From the human T2T-CHM13v2.0 reference genome, Homo sapiens, in assembly GCF_009914755.1 (NCBI RefSeq), contig NC_060932.1: a stretch of 64,000 nucleotides of DNA; one strand, 5' to 3'. Shown piece after piece: positions 17,641 through 35,625 of the stretch (positions are counted from its first letter, which is position 1; each line of letters begins with the position of its first letter). Made by a program: the position numbers and the translations under genes. The notes beneath the pieces are model-generated. The model had not been told where the DNA came from, did not search any database, and worked only from the letters and a program-made list of their open reading frames with translations.

Positions 17641-18431
17641 CACACTTCAGAATATTAGCAGTAATTCCTTAATATTATCTAATACCCAGCCAGTACTCCT
17701 GTTTCCAATTTTGAAGCTTGGATTTTACCAGCTTTCTTCTAGGGTCACTAAAAACAGTTACAACCTAGAGGCTAGACCATTCTGCTCATTCCACAGGTAA
17801 CCTTTACAAACTCAGAGGGCACATAGCCCGGGTCTGCTGGCATCTGCTGTCTTTAGACACATTTAGGAAGCTATGTGGCTAAGACATATCCTAGGAACTG
17901 CTTGCTACCTGTTTGACCTCTTTGCCTGTTCTAGTTTTCTTGACCAATATGGTGAGTAGGTCAGGAAGGCTGTGTGAGCATATATGAAAACTAAGGTCAA
18001 TTCTAAATCAGGGGAGTCTTCATTGAGGAGAGGCATTTCCTTTGGTTGCAGTGAACTTGATGTCCCCTTCCGGGCTGCTCTGTTTTTTCCTAAGCTGCTT
18101 ACACCCATTCTCCAGGCCATTCTCAATACCTTCAACCTTCACCAACCTGAGCCAGGGACTCTTTAAGCTCAGAATCACCTGGGAAAGAAGCCAGAGGCAG
18201 GCCCTGCTTTGAGGCTGCTTCTAAAAGTGGGGGTAAAGGAGGACTTTAGACCAGAAGGAGGAGGAAACGGTGACTTCAGGGATGGTAATGACCAGTCCAC
18301 ATCTCTGTCTCATAGCCCAACGAGTCCAACCACTCGCACAGGCTCAGGCTGAGGTCACTGCTGTAGGCGGGAGAAAGATGACCTCTGGCATAGTTGGAAG
18401 CAAAGCACAGAAAGAAGCGAGGAAGCCCAGG

Positions 18432-18661
18432 TCCAGTTCAGAAGCCACCCCTCACCCTGATCCAGCTCAGAAAACACCCCTCACTCTGATCCAGTTCAGA
18501 AGCCACCCCTCACCCTGATCCAGTTCAGAAACCACCCCTCACTCTGATCCGGTTCAGAAGCCACCCCTCACCCTGATCCAGTTCAGAAACTACCCCTCAC
18601 TCTGATCTGGTTCAGAAACCACCCCTCACCCTGATCCGGTTCAGAAACCACCCCTCACCCT
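18432..18661. repeat. 29-bp minisatellite, about 8 copies (TCCAGTTCAGAARCCACCCCTCACYCTGA)
   Basis: Units start at 18432, 18461, 18490, 18519, 18548, 18577, 18606 and 18635. Confidence 0.97.
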
Positions 18662-18699
18662 CCTGTTCTGCCCACACCCACCCACCCAATGTGTTTCTT

Positions 18700-19020
<321 letters not shown>

Positions 19021-19519
19021 CCAGTGTGTTCAGTGTGTTTTAAAAACACTTAAGACTTCGATTTCTTCAGGCATGCACTGTGATTGGGTTATCAAAAAAC
19101 CCACAAACTCAAAGCAAAAATTAAACAAAACCCCAAGCTCCATTTTCCAATCCAGTGGAACAACTTGTGTCACCCAGCAGCTGGTTGCAAGGGAGGAAGA
19201 AGGCACAGTGTTCTTTTTCAGAGTTATATTTTTCTTTTCCTACTTCACAGACTTAAGCCAAAAGCATTACAGTCCATGGGTAGGAAGGGCAGCTCAGTGT
19301 CTGGGAAGACAAATGGCTCAGCGGGTGCCCCAGCAATGATCACAGGGCCGTGGGGAGATGAGAAGGTGGGCGTGCACTGAGTCCCCGGCCCCAGCGCCCC
19401 TGCACTGCACTACAGAAGACATTCTACAGTATCGTTGCCCTTCCCTCTCACTTTTCCTCTCTCTCTTTTTTCTATGACAAGTTCTAATATAAGTCTTTTT
19501 GCGTTGGGCTTGTGTGTAG

Positions 19520-21345
19520 GTCATCTGGAGACGAGCCCCTGGCAAGCTCCCCCTCCCGAAGCAGGAGGATGCCCCCGTCGTCTACCTGGGCAGCTTCCGA
19601 GGTGTACAGAAGCCTGCTGGTCCCTCTACCTCCCCTGATGGCAATTCTCGCTGTCCCCCAGCTTACACCATGGTCGGCCTGCACAACCTTGAGCCCCGCG
19701 GCGAGAGGAACATTGCCTTCCACCCGGTGAGCTTCCCGGAGGAGAAGGCTGTGCACAAAGAAAAACCCTCATTTCCTTACCAAGACCGGCCCTCCACCCA
19801 GGAGAGCTTCCGCCAGAAACTGGCTGCCTTTGCTGGGACCACATCTGGCTGTCACCAGGGCCCTGGGCCCCTGCGGGAATCCCTGCCCTCGGAGGATGAC
19901 AGTGATCAAAGGTGCTCGCCCTCCGGGGACAGCGAGGGTGGAGAGTACTGCTCCATCCTGGACTGCTGCCCTGGGAGCCCTGTTGCCAAGGCTGCCTCCC
20001 AGACTGCAGGTTCCCGGGGCAGGCATGGTGGCAGGGACTGCTCACCCACGTGCTGGGAGCAGGGGAAGTGTTCCGGGCCCGCAGAGCAGGAGAAGCGGGG
20101 CCCGAGCTTCCCCAAGGAGTGCTGTAGCCAGGGCCCCACTGCCCACCCATCCTGCCTGGGCCCCAAGAAACTGTCCCTCACCTCGGAGGCTGCCATTTCT
20201 TCCGACGGCCTCTCTTGTGGCAGCGGCAGCGGCAGCGGCGCCAGTAGCCCCTTCGTCCCCCACCTCGAGAGTGATTACTGCTCCCTCATGAAGGAACCTG
20301 CCCCAGAGAAGCAGCAGGACCCTGGCTGCCCAGGGGTGACCCCTAGCAGATGCCTTGGGCTGACGGGGGAGCCCCAGCCCCCGGCCCACCCCCGGGAGGC
20401 TACACAGCCTGAACCCATCTATGCTGAGAGCACCAAGAGGAAGAAGGCAGCTCCGGTGCCTTCCAAGTCACAGGCCAAGATAGAACATGCAGCTGCTGCC
20501 CAGGGCCAAGGCCAGGTATGCACAGGTAATGCCTGGGCCCAGAAAGCAGCATCTGGCTGGGGCCGGGACAGCCCAGACCCAACTCCCCAGGTGTCAGCCA
20601 CCATCACAGTCATGGCGGCCCACCCGGAAGAGGACCATCGGACGATCTACCTGAGCAGCCCTGACTCTGCAGTGGGGGTGCAGTGGCCACGAGGGCCTGT
20701 GAGCCAGAACTCCGAGGTAGGTGAAGAGGAGACTTCGGCTGGGCAGGGGCTGAGCTCCAGGGAAAGCCATGCTCACAGTGCCAGCGAGAGCAAGCCCAAG
20801 GAGAGGCCCGCCATTCCCCCCAAGTTGTCCAAGAGTAGCCCTGTAGGGTCCCCGGTGTCACCGTCTGCTGGAGGGCCCCCAGTGTCACCGCTGGCTGACC
20901 TTAGTGATGGGAGCTCTGGCGGCAGCAGCATTGGGCCCCAGCCTCCATCCCAAGGTCCTGCTGACCCCGCTCCTTCCTGCCGGACCAACGGTGTCGCTAT
21001 CAGTGACCCATCCAGGTGTCCCCAGCCTGCCGCCTCGTCAGCCTCGGAACAGAGGCGGCCCAGGTTCCAGGCAGGCACCTGGAGTCGTCAGTGCCGGATA
21101 GAGGAAGAAGAGGAGGTGGAGCAGGAATTGCTGAGTCACAGCTGGGGAAGAGAGACCAAAAATGGCCCCACGGACCATTCAAACTCCACGACCTGGCACC
21201 GTCTCCACCCCACAGATGGCTCCTCTGGGCAGAACAGCAAAGTTGGGACCGGGATGAGCAAATCCGCCTCTTTTGCCTTTGAGTTCCCCAAGGACAGAAG
21301 TGGGATTGAGACATTCTCACCTCCTCCTCCGCCTCCAAAGTCGCG
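19520..21345 (+). CDS. PRAG1: PRAG1 large coding exon (exon 3), codons 111-719; disordered scaffold region with EPIYA motif
   Basis: Acceptor tgtgtgtag|GTC continues the frame as VIWRRAPGK... and stays open for 1826 nt. Contains EPIYA (Tyr codon at 20420 = Y411, the known CSK-SH2 site) and ends PPPPPPKS-CG|GTGAGT (phase 2). Confidence 0.97.
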
Positions 21346-21767
21346 GTGAGTACCATTGTCTGCCTGGGACTCTGTCTGCAGGGCAAAGGGCTCTTCCAGA
21401 AGAAACCTTTGCCCTCATCAAAGCTTTCAGGCCCAGGTCCCAGAATCTGCCCAAAGGCCCTTGTGCCTTTATGTAAATTTCCCAGGGTCCCAGTGCAGCC
21501 CTCGGAGAGCAGGAGTTGTGGCCCTCTTTGTACCCAGCAAACAAACCTACTTGTGGTCCCTGCTTGGGATTGGTGATTTAAAATCAATCTTTCACCAAGC
21601 TGTTGCCATTTGTTGGTGCCTGTATTTTTATAATCTGGTCCTCTTTTTATTCCCCAGTTCTCTGAAGTGTCTTCAGTAGGCTTTTTTCCAGGAAGTCCTG
21701 AATATTTTCCGTTAATTTAAACATGCAAAAGAGGGCAAAAGGAGGTTATGCTACAAGATTTAGGGAG

Positions 21768-22436
<669 letters not shown>

Positions 22437-22949
22437 CTACTGCTTCCCTGCTATCTCCTATCAGTTTAAAGTACCTTTTAAAGACTCGAGAAAAATAAAT
22501 TTTTTTTTTTTTTAGTTATTGAGCTGTGCATGGGTTTTAAATGCTGGGGAAAAAAAATTTCTCTCGATTAGAGCGAAACTGATTTCTGTTAGGAAAAGGA
22601 GAAACCTACTGTTTTTCAAAAAATTACAGCGTTTCTGAACAGACTTTCTCGAGTCATGTCATTTCAAGTGGTTCTGTTTCAGCTGATGTGCCTCTGGGCT
22701 GATGTCAGAAACAAGGAAATTGACCACAGAGAGAAGCAGTCAGGACGCTTGACTTTGAACATCACGGCGTCTCAGGCACTGATGTGATCTAACGTGGGTT
22801 TTTTTCTCATGACCACTACTTTGTTCTGGTATTGCACTGGCCGCCCACCATGGAGAACAGACATCTTCCAGATCCTGAGGTGATTGCAGACTCTTTGGCA
22901 GCCGCGTGTAGTCCCCGAATGAATGAGAGATTCAGCAGCTAAGATGAGC

Positions 22950-23460
22950 TTCCATTTATATGGCACTCACTATGGGCCAGGGATGGATTTAAAAGAATTA
23001 GACATAACAACTCATTTCATCCTCAGAACAGCCCTAAGAGGTAGGAATTGCCAGCCCCAATTTACAGATGACAAAGCAGAGATAGAAAGCTAGGGTAACC
23101 AGCCTAAGGTTCCTGCTGTACCTGCAAGACTCCTAAGTCTACGCTCCTCCTGAACCTACAGGACATCAAGGAGCATGGAAATTGAGCAGGGCGTGAGAGT
23201 AAAACATCCAAATTGTATCTGCCTGCCTCAGTCCTGGGTAAATTAGTGGAAAGCACAGGTATTGGCATTAGAAAACCAAGTTCCTATTCCCTCTCTCTCA
23301 CAAATGGAGTGACCTTGTATAAGCCACTCACTGTGACTGAGTCTCCAGTCCCTTCTCTAAAAGAGTTGGTCTCTAAACTGAGAGTCTGGAGTCTCTTCTC
23401 TAAAATGAGATGATAATAGTACTTTGATAACACCCTGCTATTGTAAACCTCTAATGAGAC
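22950..23460. mobile_element. Two MIR fragments in opposite orientations
   Basis: ctcatttcatcctcagaacagccct...ttacagatga and gtgaccttgtataagccactca...taaaatgagatgataatagtac. Confidence 0.6.
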
Positions 23461-23797
23461 AAACAATGGAATCCAATGCAGAGGTTAGTGATGATGTAGG
23501 CAGAAGCCACCCAGGCTGCTGATTGTGCAATGACACCCACACCCTATGGGAACTAGCATGGCTCAATCCCAGGAACGCCACTCTGAGCCTTGGAGAAGTA
23601 ACTAAAATTTACTCCTTTAAGAATCTCGGGGCTTGGAGAAATCCCAGTAACCATAGCAACATGACTCAGGTAGGGTTTTAATTAGCATCTGGGTTGAGAT
23701 CAGAGTTTTTTCGGCCCAGTTTGTTATGATAAAACCCTTAGATTGCATATAGCTCAAGCTTGATGGGAATCTTGGAGGTTCAAGGTTTCAGCTCTTA

Positions 23798-24151
<354 letters not shown>

Positions 24152-25262
24152 TTAGCTTAAGAGAACACAGAAAAACAAGAGCATCTTATTTTATTCAAAA
24201 TAAACTAGAATATATTTTCATTTGGGGAAGCATTTTCATTTCTCAAGCATTACTGACATTATCTTTCGGATCTCCCTGTGAGAAGATAAGAGGGCAGGCC
24301 TGGGAACATATGCTGACTTTTAATTCTGGAACTCAGTACCTCCGCTGGGGATAGTGCCAGGAACCCCAGAGTCTTCCAACCTAGTAGGTCAGGGTGTTGG
24401 CAAATCAGAGTGTTAGTGAGAATGCAGCCAGCAGTTGATCCGGCACCAATTCCAGTACACACTGGTAATTATGGCAGGCTGATGTCAGTTTTCCAAAATG
24501 GAAGAACGTGAAAGGTCTTCAAGCAACATACAAGGTCAACCTGATTTCTTCACATGGGCCCATTTGTGAAATAGATCCTATTTCTAATGATCAGCTTCAT
24601 TATGTGCGTTACCTACGCTCACACCTCTAGAAAAAGGACTTGCTTCATACAGGACACTGTTTCTTTCCACTTACATGGTGTGAGAGAGACAGATCGTCTG
24701 CTTCCTTAGGTCATTATGGAAGAACGGGGAATGATTTTCTCTTTTGCCTGTTGTTCTGTTTATCGCCCTATTTTACAAAACTGATTCTGACCTGGAGGGA
24801 AAAAAATAGATGTTAAGAATGACTTGGCTTTCCTGTGGTCCTGTTTTGAATGTTTGGCAGTAGCTTATCTGTCTTTTTGAGATATTGTCCTCTGTAAACT
24901 CCCATTCGTGTTCCTGAGAAACCTCTTGCTGGAGTGCCCTGCAGGAGAAAGGCTCTCCATGCTCATTTTATGCCCAGAACAGTTCTTCTTTGGAGGAGGT
25001 TAAGTGCCTGCCCAACCCTCCAACCCAGGCGGGTACGGCAAGGCCTGGATACTTCCTTCCCTGTTGCCGTCAAGGCAAGCTTTTATACCCACAAAGTCAC
25101 ACTTACTAAGAATGATGGATCTCACAGAGTCTCTGGGTCACCCCTGTCCCAATATAAGGCAGAATTATAAGATGAGGATCAACAAATACTGCTGGTTAGG
25201 AAACAAAAATACTTCAGGAAAGAAGGGTGAACTCATAGTTTAAATGTCATGCTTAAGACTTA

Positions 25263-26724
<1,462 letters not shown>

Positions 26725-29651
26725 CTTTTGCTCACTCTTAATTCTCCTCCTGAGCTGCTTCTCAGTAGACAGGTAGTGACAGTGTCATGAGTGGAGTTCG
26801 TTTCTGTCCACAGAAGTGGCCACATCAGTAACCAGAGGAACTGACATGACTTCACTGTGTGGGCTCTCCTGTAACATGATCTCTGGGCATGAACCGGGAG
26901 GATGGGCATAGGATGAGTGAGATGGGTGTTTGTCTCCAGTGTCCACATCGAATCTGATTAGAGCTTCCAATGTGTTCTTCTAGAGGCCCTTTCTGCTATA
27001 ATGGATGACAGACAGTTGGGTGGCAACATTTTACTAGGAAATCCCATACTCTTGATGCATAACGGCCTTTTCTGGGCGGCATTTTGAAAATCACAGTTTG
27101 TATTAGGAAGCACTGTATTTAGAGAATCTTCATGGACTGTGTTTAGCCATTTTGACAAAACTTAAATAAGTAGGCTGGAGGTCAAGTTGGTCAGGGGAGA
27201 ATGAATACTGGCCGTATTTCAGTGGCCCCCACAGATACACAGAGTTTGGCAAACAGAACAAAGCATATGTACCAACAATGCATGTTTATATTCTGTGCCA
27301 TGCCAGGGGCAAATTCATAGTTGGCCTGTTTCCATAAGTGTGGGGATGGAACCTTGAAACACAGGACATCTCATAATGCTGTAAGCAGGGACCATTGAAA
27401 TTGATTCCTAGAGTCTTGTTCTACAACTTCTTTAAAAATTACTGATTTGACAGCAGTATGTATTCAACATTTAAGACTTTCTGTCTAATTTTGAGCATAC
27501 ATTCTTGACTAAGGCTAGCAATTAGAGATTCTTTCTTTAATTTATCAGATATCTATTAATTGTCTACTTTTGAGTGGGCTCTGTGCAAGGCGCTAAAAAG
27601 CCAGTTACTGGGGTTCTGTTCCTTAAGGATCCTGAGAATTGAGTTGCTAAGAATTAAATCAGCAGGCGTGCAATATGACTGTCAAAGCTTGACCCCTGCT
27701 TTGATTCCCTTTGTTGAGACAGGTTCTTATAGGACCTGGATTCTCACCACATCCTCTGTTCTGTTTAGGGAACACAAAGGTAAGCTCAGCTCTGTGTCCA
27801 GGAGTACCTTATAGTCCTCTCCCTTAACTGTGTCTGTTTCAACTTGATCCAAGATCAGGATTAGTACAAGCTTGTAAAAAAAAAAAAAAAAAAGTTTATT
27901 TTTTACAAAATAGACCAGATGCACTTTGAAGGTAAAGTGCATGCTTAACCATCTGCAATTCCTAAGGTTGAGCTCAATGCATCACATGTAGTAGATGTTC
28001 AAGAAATGTTTGTTAAATGGGCAGTTGTAAACAGAGACAGTGCCGTGTTTATTTCGTTTTCCAGAAAGGCACCTGACTCCTTGCTTTGCACATAACAGGT
28101 GCTCAAGAAATGTTGAAGAAAAAAGCAAATTGCTTTGAATGCAGTGTATCCTAAAACCAGATTTCCAGGTTGCCCCAGTACTCTGTACAGGCCTCCATTT
28201 TGGCTGTTAACACAGTGTATCTTTTGTTACATTAAAATGGGTCCACGTTTGCATCTCCTCCGAAATTATAAACTCCTGGGAGTGCAGGGATGTGTCTCAT
28301 ACATTCTTCCTTGACTTTTCCACAGCATACCTTAGCACAGAGTTGGATATGTAGTAGATGTTCAATGGAGAATTACTGAATTTTCTTAAAAAAAAAAAAA
28401 AGCAAGCCAGAGTGAACTACAAATGTAATAGTTCCTGGCCTGATATTTCACTGGGGACCCATCATGATTCTGCAACTATTCTCGCTCAACAGAACATTAC
28501 CACCTTGAGTTAAAGAGGCTAAGAAGCTAAGGTTAATCATTATTAATGATTCAAGGTGGGCAAACACCATGTGGGCACAATGCATCCTTTCATGGATTAA
28601 TTACTCTCCAATGATTGTACATTTCATTCCTGCTACCGGTCTCTATTACCCTGCTTTTTTTTTTTTTTTTCAACCTGAGCAGGTGTGTAGAGCCAGCACT
28701 CTCTTGCCAAAATAATATTTTCTCAGGTAGTAATCATCTAAACACTTTTTTTTTTCCACCAGAGAGTTACAAGGAATTCTAAGGTGTGGTTTTGCTTGTC
28801 TGAGAATAGCTTTTCCATGCTTTGTCAGGTGCATTGGAAAATACAAGCTTAGGCAGTGTGGTCAGTCCCCCTCTGTCCCTGACGTCGTCAGAGGGACTTT
28901 GTTCCTAGAATGGCCAGCCTACATTTGATCTGCATAATTGGTTGTGAAACTCACCAATTGGTAGGAAATTTTCTGTTAGTGGCCCAAGGAATTTTTTGTT
29001 GTTGTTTTGGGATTGTTAATGCCCTCATTAAAGATCTTACGTTTCCTTCTATCAGGGTTGATAGACCAACTACAAAGAATATCCTGTGTCTCTTTCTGCA
29101 GTAATAAATTTCAGAGTTTAAAGATCAGAGTCTGCATCCTCTGTGCTTGCATTGCTCATTATTTCTTTCTATTGACTTTTGGGCAGAGCCCTAAAAATGT
29201 TGGGCGTTAGGAGTGTTTATACTATTCCCATACAACTCTGTAAAATTCCCTGCTTTAATTAGCTTCAGTCTGATGCACTGGACGGCTTCTCTGTGCTTCT
29301 CTGACAGGCAGACTTATATAAACAGCTGTTCTTTGTTGGATCATGAGAGGAGCTTCCAGGCCGAAGGCTACTTTAAAAAGTCGTTCATTTTTGTTCTCAG
29401 ATATTTTCTCTCCAGTATACCTATCACTGTTGAATGTTCCCCCCAACTTCCCAGTAGTTTGGTTTTTAGCCATTTCATACCAATTTATACTTGTGCTATG
29501 ATAACTTTTCTAAAGTCTAAAACCTAAACAAATAGCTGGTGGTGATATTACTTTATGTTCCTGAGGTGTAGAAAGCTCTTCAGAATAGCTTCTGCTCTTT
29601 GTGAGCTCCATATGGCAGTCAAAATTAATGAAATTAAAAAACACTATATAC

Positions 29652-32249
<2,598 letters not shown>

Positions 32250-34313
32250 TGATTTTCAGTGCCCAGGATTGGGGAGTGAGGTGGCAGATGCAGGAGCTGT
32301 GTCAGAATCTTTGGGAGGGATAGTTTAACAATGAAAATTCAGTGATGTAACATAATTTAAATTGGGAAGATGAAAACAAAACTATTGTTTTCCTAACACA
32401 TACTACTTATAGTTTTTCTGAATCTTCTCCACTGGTGAAAAGACAGACCATCATTTTTATAGAGATGCTTGATTGAAAACAGGTCATGTCTCCCTAGGAG
32501 AAAATAGAAGAAAACCAGGACAGAGATATTTGCTGACCTGTCATATTTCCTTGGTATCCTTTCTTCAAATCTTTCAAAATATCTTCTCTATATTCATGTC
32601 ATCTTCAAGACGTGAAACAAGGAAATTGTCTGTACAGACAATTTCCAGACCCTTGATCCCAAACACTCTCAATGCTTGTCTGTGTTTCCTACAAAAAGCA
32701 GAAACCTGAGAAAGATAAGGAGTACTTTGCATGTAGAATAGAGAAGATCCTTACAGTTCAGGGTCTGAGATTCCATCTTGACATTCATTTGATCGCTAAA
32801 TATTGAAGACTTCTTTTAGGTGGAGCCGTGACCATACATTGGTAGGAAAAGTACAGATTGCTTACGAGATGATTTTGGCACACTTGTTGACTGTATGGAG
32901 AAAACAAAAAAAAAAACAACATTGAAATCCTGCCATATAGTGTCATATAGTGTATGTAAAAGTGGACTGCAGATGGAATAATGATCCAAATGAGAAAAAT
33001 AAGACCAAAAAGCAAATTTAAAAACATTCACAGCATTTTTAAGACCCTAGAAGAATAAGCCATAAAATGATGGCTTTGACTTCATCAAATTAAGGATTTC
33101 TGTTGAACTGAGGATGCCATCAGCAGTTAATAGATGGGTGAGAAATTAAAGCAGTGTATCAAAGACTGACAAGGCATTAACATGTAAGGTGCTCTTGTAA
33201 TTCAAGCAGAACAATATGTGGAAACCAGTAGAAAAACAGGCAAAAACATGGATAGGCAGTTAACAGGAGGGAAAAGCTAAATGCAGGGCAAGAATTTGAA
33301 GAGCTACTTAACTTCATTAATAATCAGAGAAGCATAAAACAGTAAAATAGCACATTATGTCCATCAGATTGATGACAATTACAAAGTGGGATAATTCCAA
33401 ATTTCAGCAAAAATACAGGAAAATGGCTATTAAACAGCTGTTAAATTAAGTATGAGACTACATCTTGTCCCCACAACCTTCATTCCTGAGTATATATTCA
33501 CACAGGTCAGTAAGGGGACATAAACAAGGAAGTTTGTCATAACATTATAGTAGCAGGGAGTTAGAGCAAGTCCAGGTATTCATCTCTAGAGAAATAGGTA
33601 AGTAAAATGTTATGATTATGAAATAAACTATTTAATAGCAGTCAGAAGCAATGAACTAGAAATATGTCCAGAAACATGGGTGAACCTCATACTGGTATTG
33701 ACTGAAATAACTAAGAGAATGAAATCTATAGCACAATATACTTAATATAAATTAAATATAAACAGTTTCATAAAATAACACTATGTCTGTTTTTAAGGAA
33801 AGCTGCATTCTTAACCTTTTATGTAGTTTTTAAAAAATAGACATACACATAAAATATGTATATATGTTACATATAACATAAAATTCACCATCGTAACCAT
33901 TTTAAAGTATAAAGTTTAATAGTAGTTTCCATTTGTTGTATATTAAATCAGTCTCCAGGGAAGTCTTTTCATTTTACAAAACTGAAACTCTCCACCTTTA
34001 AACAACTTCCTGTTTCTCCCTTCCCTTAGCCTCTGGGAACCACCATTACTTTCTGTCTCTGAATTTGACTACTCTAGGTACCTCATATAAATGGAATCAT
34101 CCAGTACTTGTCTTTTTGTCATTTGCTTGTTTCACTTAGCATAATGTTCTCAAGTTTCATCCATCTTGTAGCATGTGTCAGAATTTCCTTCCTTTTAAAA
34201 GTTGAGTGATAGTCCATTGCATGTATATACCGTTGTACTATTGTGAAATACATATTTGGTCTTTTTCCAGTGTCCTGGCAAACAACTCCTAAAATTTTTG
34301 GTATCTTCAAAGT

Positions 34314-34969
34314 TGTGAAAATTAAAAAGTTCCTCTTCAAAGTTTCCTTTTTATTAAGGAATAAGTCATAAGTGTTAGAAGTAATAGTTTCTCTTAAAGA
34401 CTAGCTTTTTGCAATAACTCTTTGTTAAACCTTATATAGTCATTAAGTGTAAAAGGATAAGTATATTATATATAAGTATATATATATATACACACGCACA
34501 CATATATATATCTATATATCTATATCTATATATATATATCTTTATACTTTAACTACAATATTAGTTTTGGCTTGCTCAGGCATGTCTCAGCATGCCCAGG
34601 CATGTCCCAGCTCACAGCTTATGTCTCTTCCTTATTTGGAAATGTTATTGCTTCTATAAGCCTTTACATAAGCGACTTCCTCTTTTCCTTTGTTCTGCAC
34701 AGTCTTTACCTATTTAGGAAAGTTTTGGATTGTTAGCCAATCAGGCTAAGCTTAGACTGTGAGGTCCAGCTCCAGCCAGTAGAGATAGGACAGAGCAATA
34801 GGGACTTTACATGTAAGGGATAAATATTCCTGTGTCTCTTCGTTCAGTGTGCTCTTGTGGCAGGATTGCTGATGGGCAGTACCCTTTCTGCAGAAAGTAC
34901 TGAGAAAAGTTTTTATCTGACTACTGATTCTTCTTTGTGGCACCGAGGAATAAGCATTTATTTCCAACA
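34314..34969 (+). mobile_element. 5' LTR of a class I ERV (LTR10B-like, HERV-IP group)
   Basis: TG...CA termini; direct repeat of 38413-38994; followed by a tRNA-Pro PBS. Contains a (TA)n expansion (~34462-34540), p53 half-sites and a TATA-like GATAAATA near 34820. Confidence 0.9.
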
Positions 34970-34972
34970 GTT

Positions 34973-34990
34973 TGGGGGCTCATCCAGGAT
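34973..34990 (+). other. Primer-binding site complementary to tRNA-Pro
   Basis: TGGGGGCTCATCCAGGAT versus canonical TGGGGGCTCGTCCGGGAT (two CpG-decay mismatches). Confidence 0.9.
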
Positions 34991-35625
34991 CACCCATTCT
35001 CCTCTGGGGCAGGGTCTCTGATCTTTCTCCTAGGGGAGGTGCCCCACTGCCTTGTTGCAGTGGCCTCAGGGGTTGGGAATCAGAACTCACCTGTTGTAAT
35101 GAATAAACCCAGACTCTCAGCAACACGGGAAAGGATGGACAGGCTTGCACTGCTGTGGCAACCAGGTAAACTCTGTGCACAGACCAAGTAAGAAACGTCA
35201 CAGGGGTGTGACAAAGTACTTCCTTGGTGGTCCAGATACTCTGGAAGTTGAAAGTGTGTGTGAATGGTCTCAAGCCATGCGGTGTTGCTTGTGTGGATGG
35301 TGACAAGTCCTGCTGGACGGAGTGGGTGGGTGCTACCTGTGGTTCCATGGCCACCTCATACAGCTTAGGGCAGATCCTGACGTGGGTTTATATCAGCATG
35401 CCAATGCTAAGAGGAGCCTAAATTTCCATTAGGGAAGCAGCCAGGTAGGACGAAGTGAGTGAAGAGTGTAAGAAAGCTCCAGGGGTGGGGGAAGAGGAGT
35501 TAAGATCCTCCCCAGGGAAAATGAAACCTCAAGTGCGTGAGGTTAGGAATTTAAGCAAGCTAGGGAAAAACAGGATAGACAAGAAGTCTCTAGAATTAAG
35601 AAGTTGAGTCTACCCAGCATTCAGT

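Noticed and set aside
18432-18661. CRISPR-like array of 29-bp repeats
   Set aside because: Units are contiguous with no unique spacers, and the context is primate DNA; it is a minisatellite.
19670-21349. 559-aa ORF as a standalone gene
   Set aside because: It is the internal part of PRAG1 exon 3; the TGA lies inside the GTGAG splice donor.
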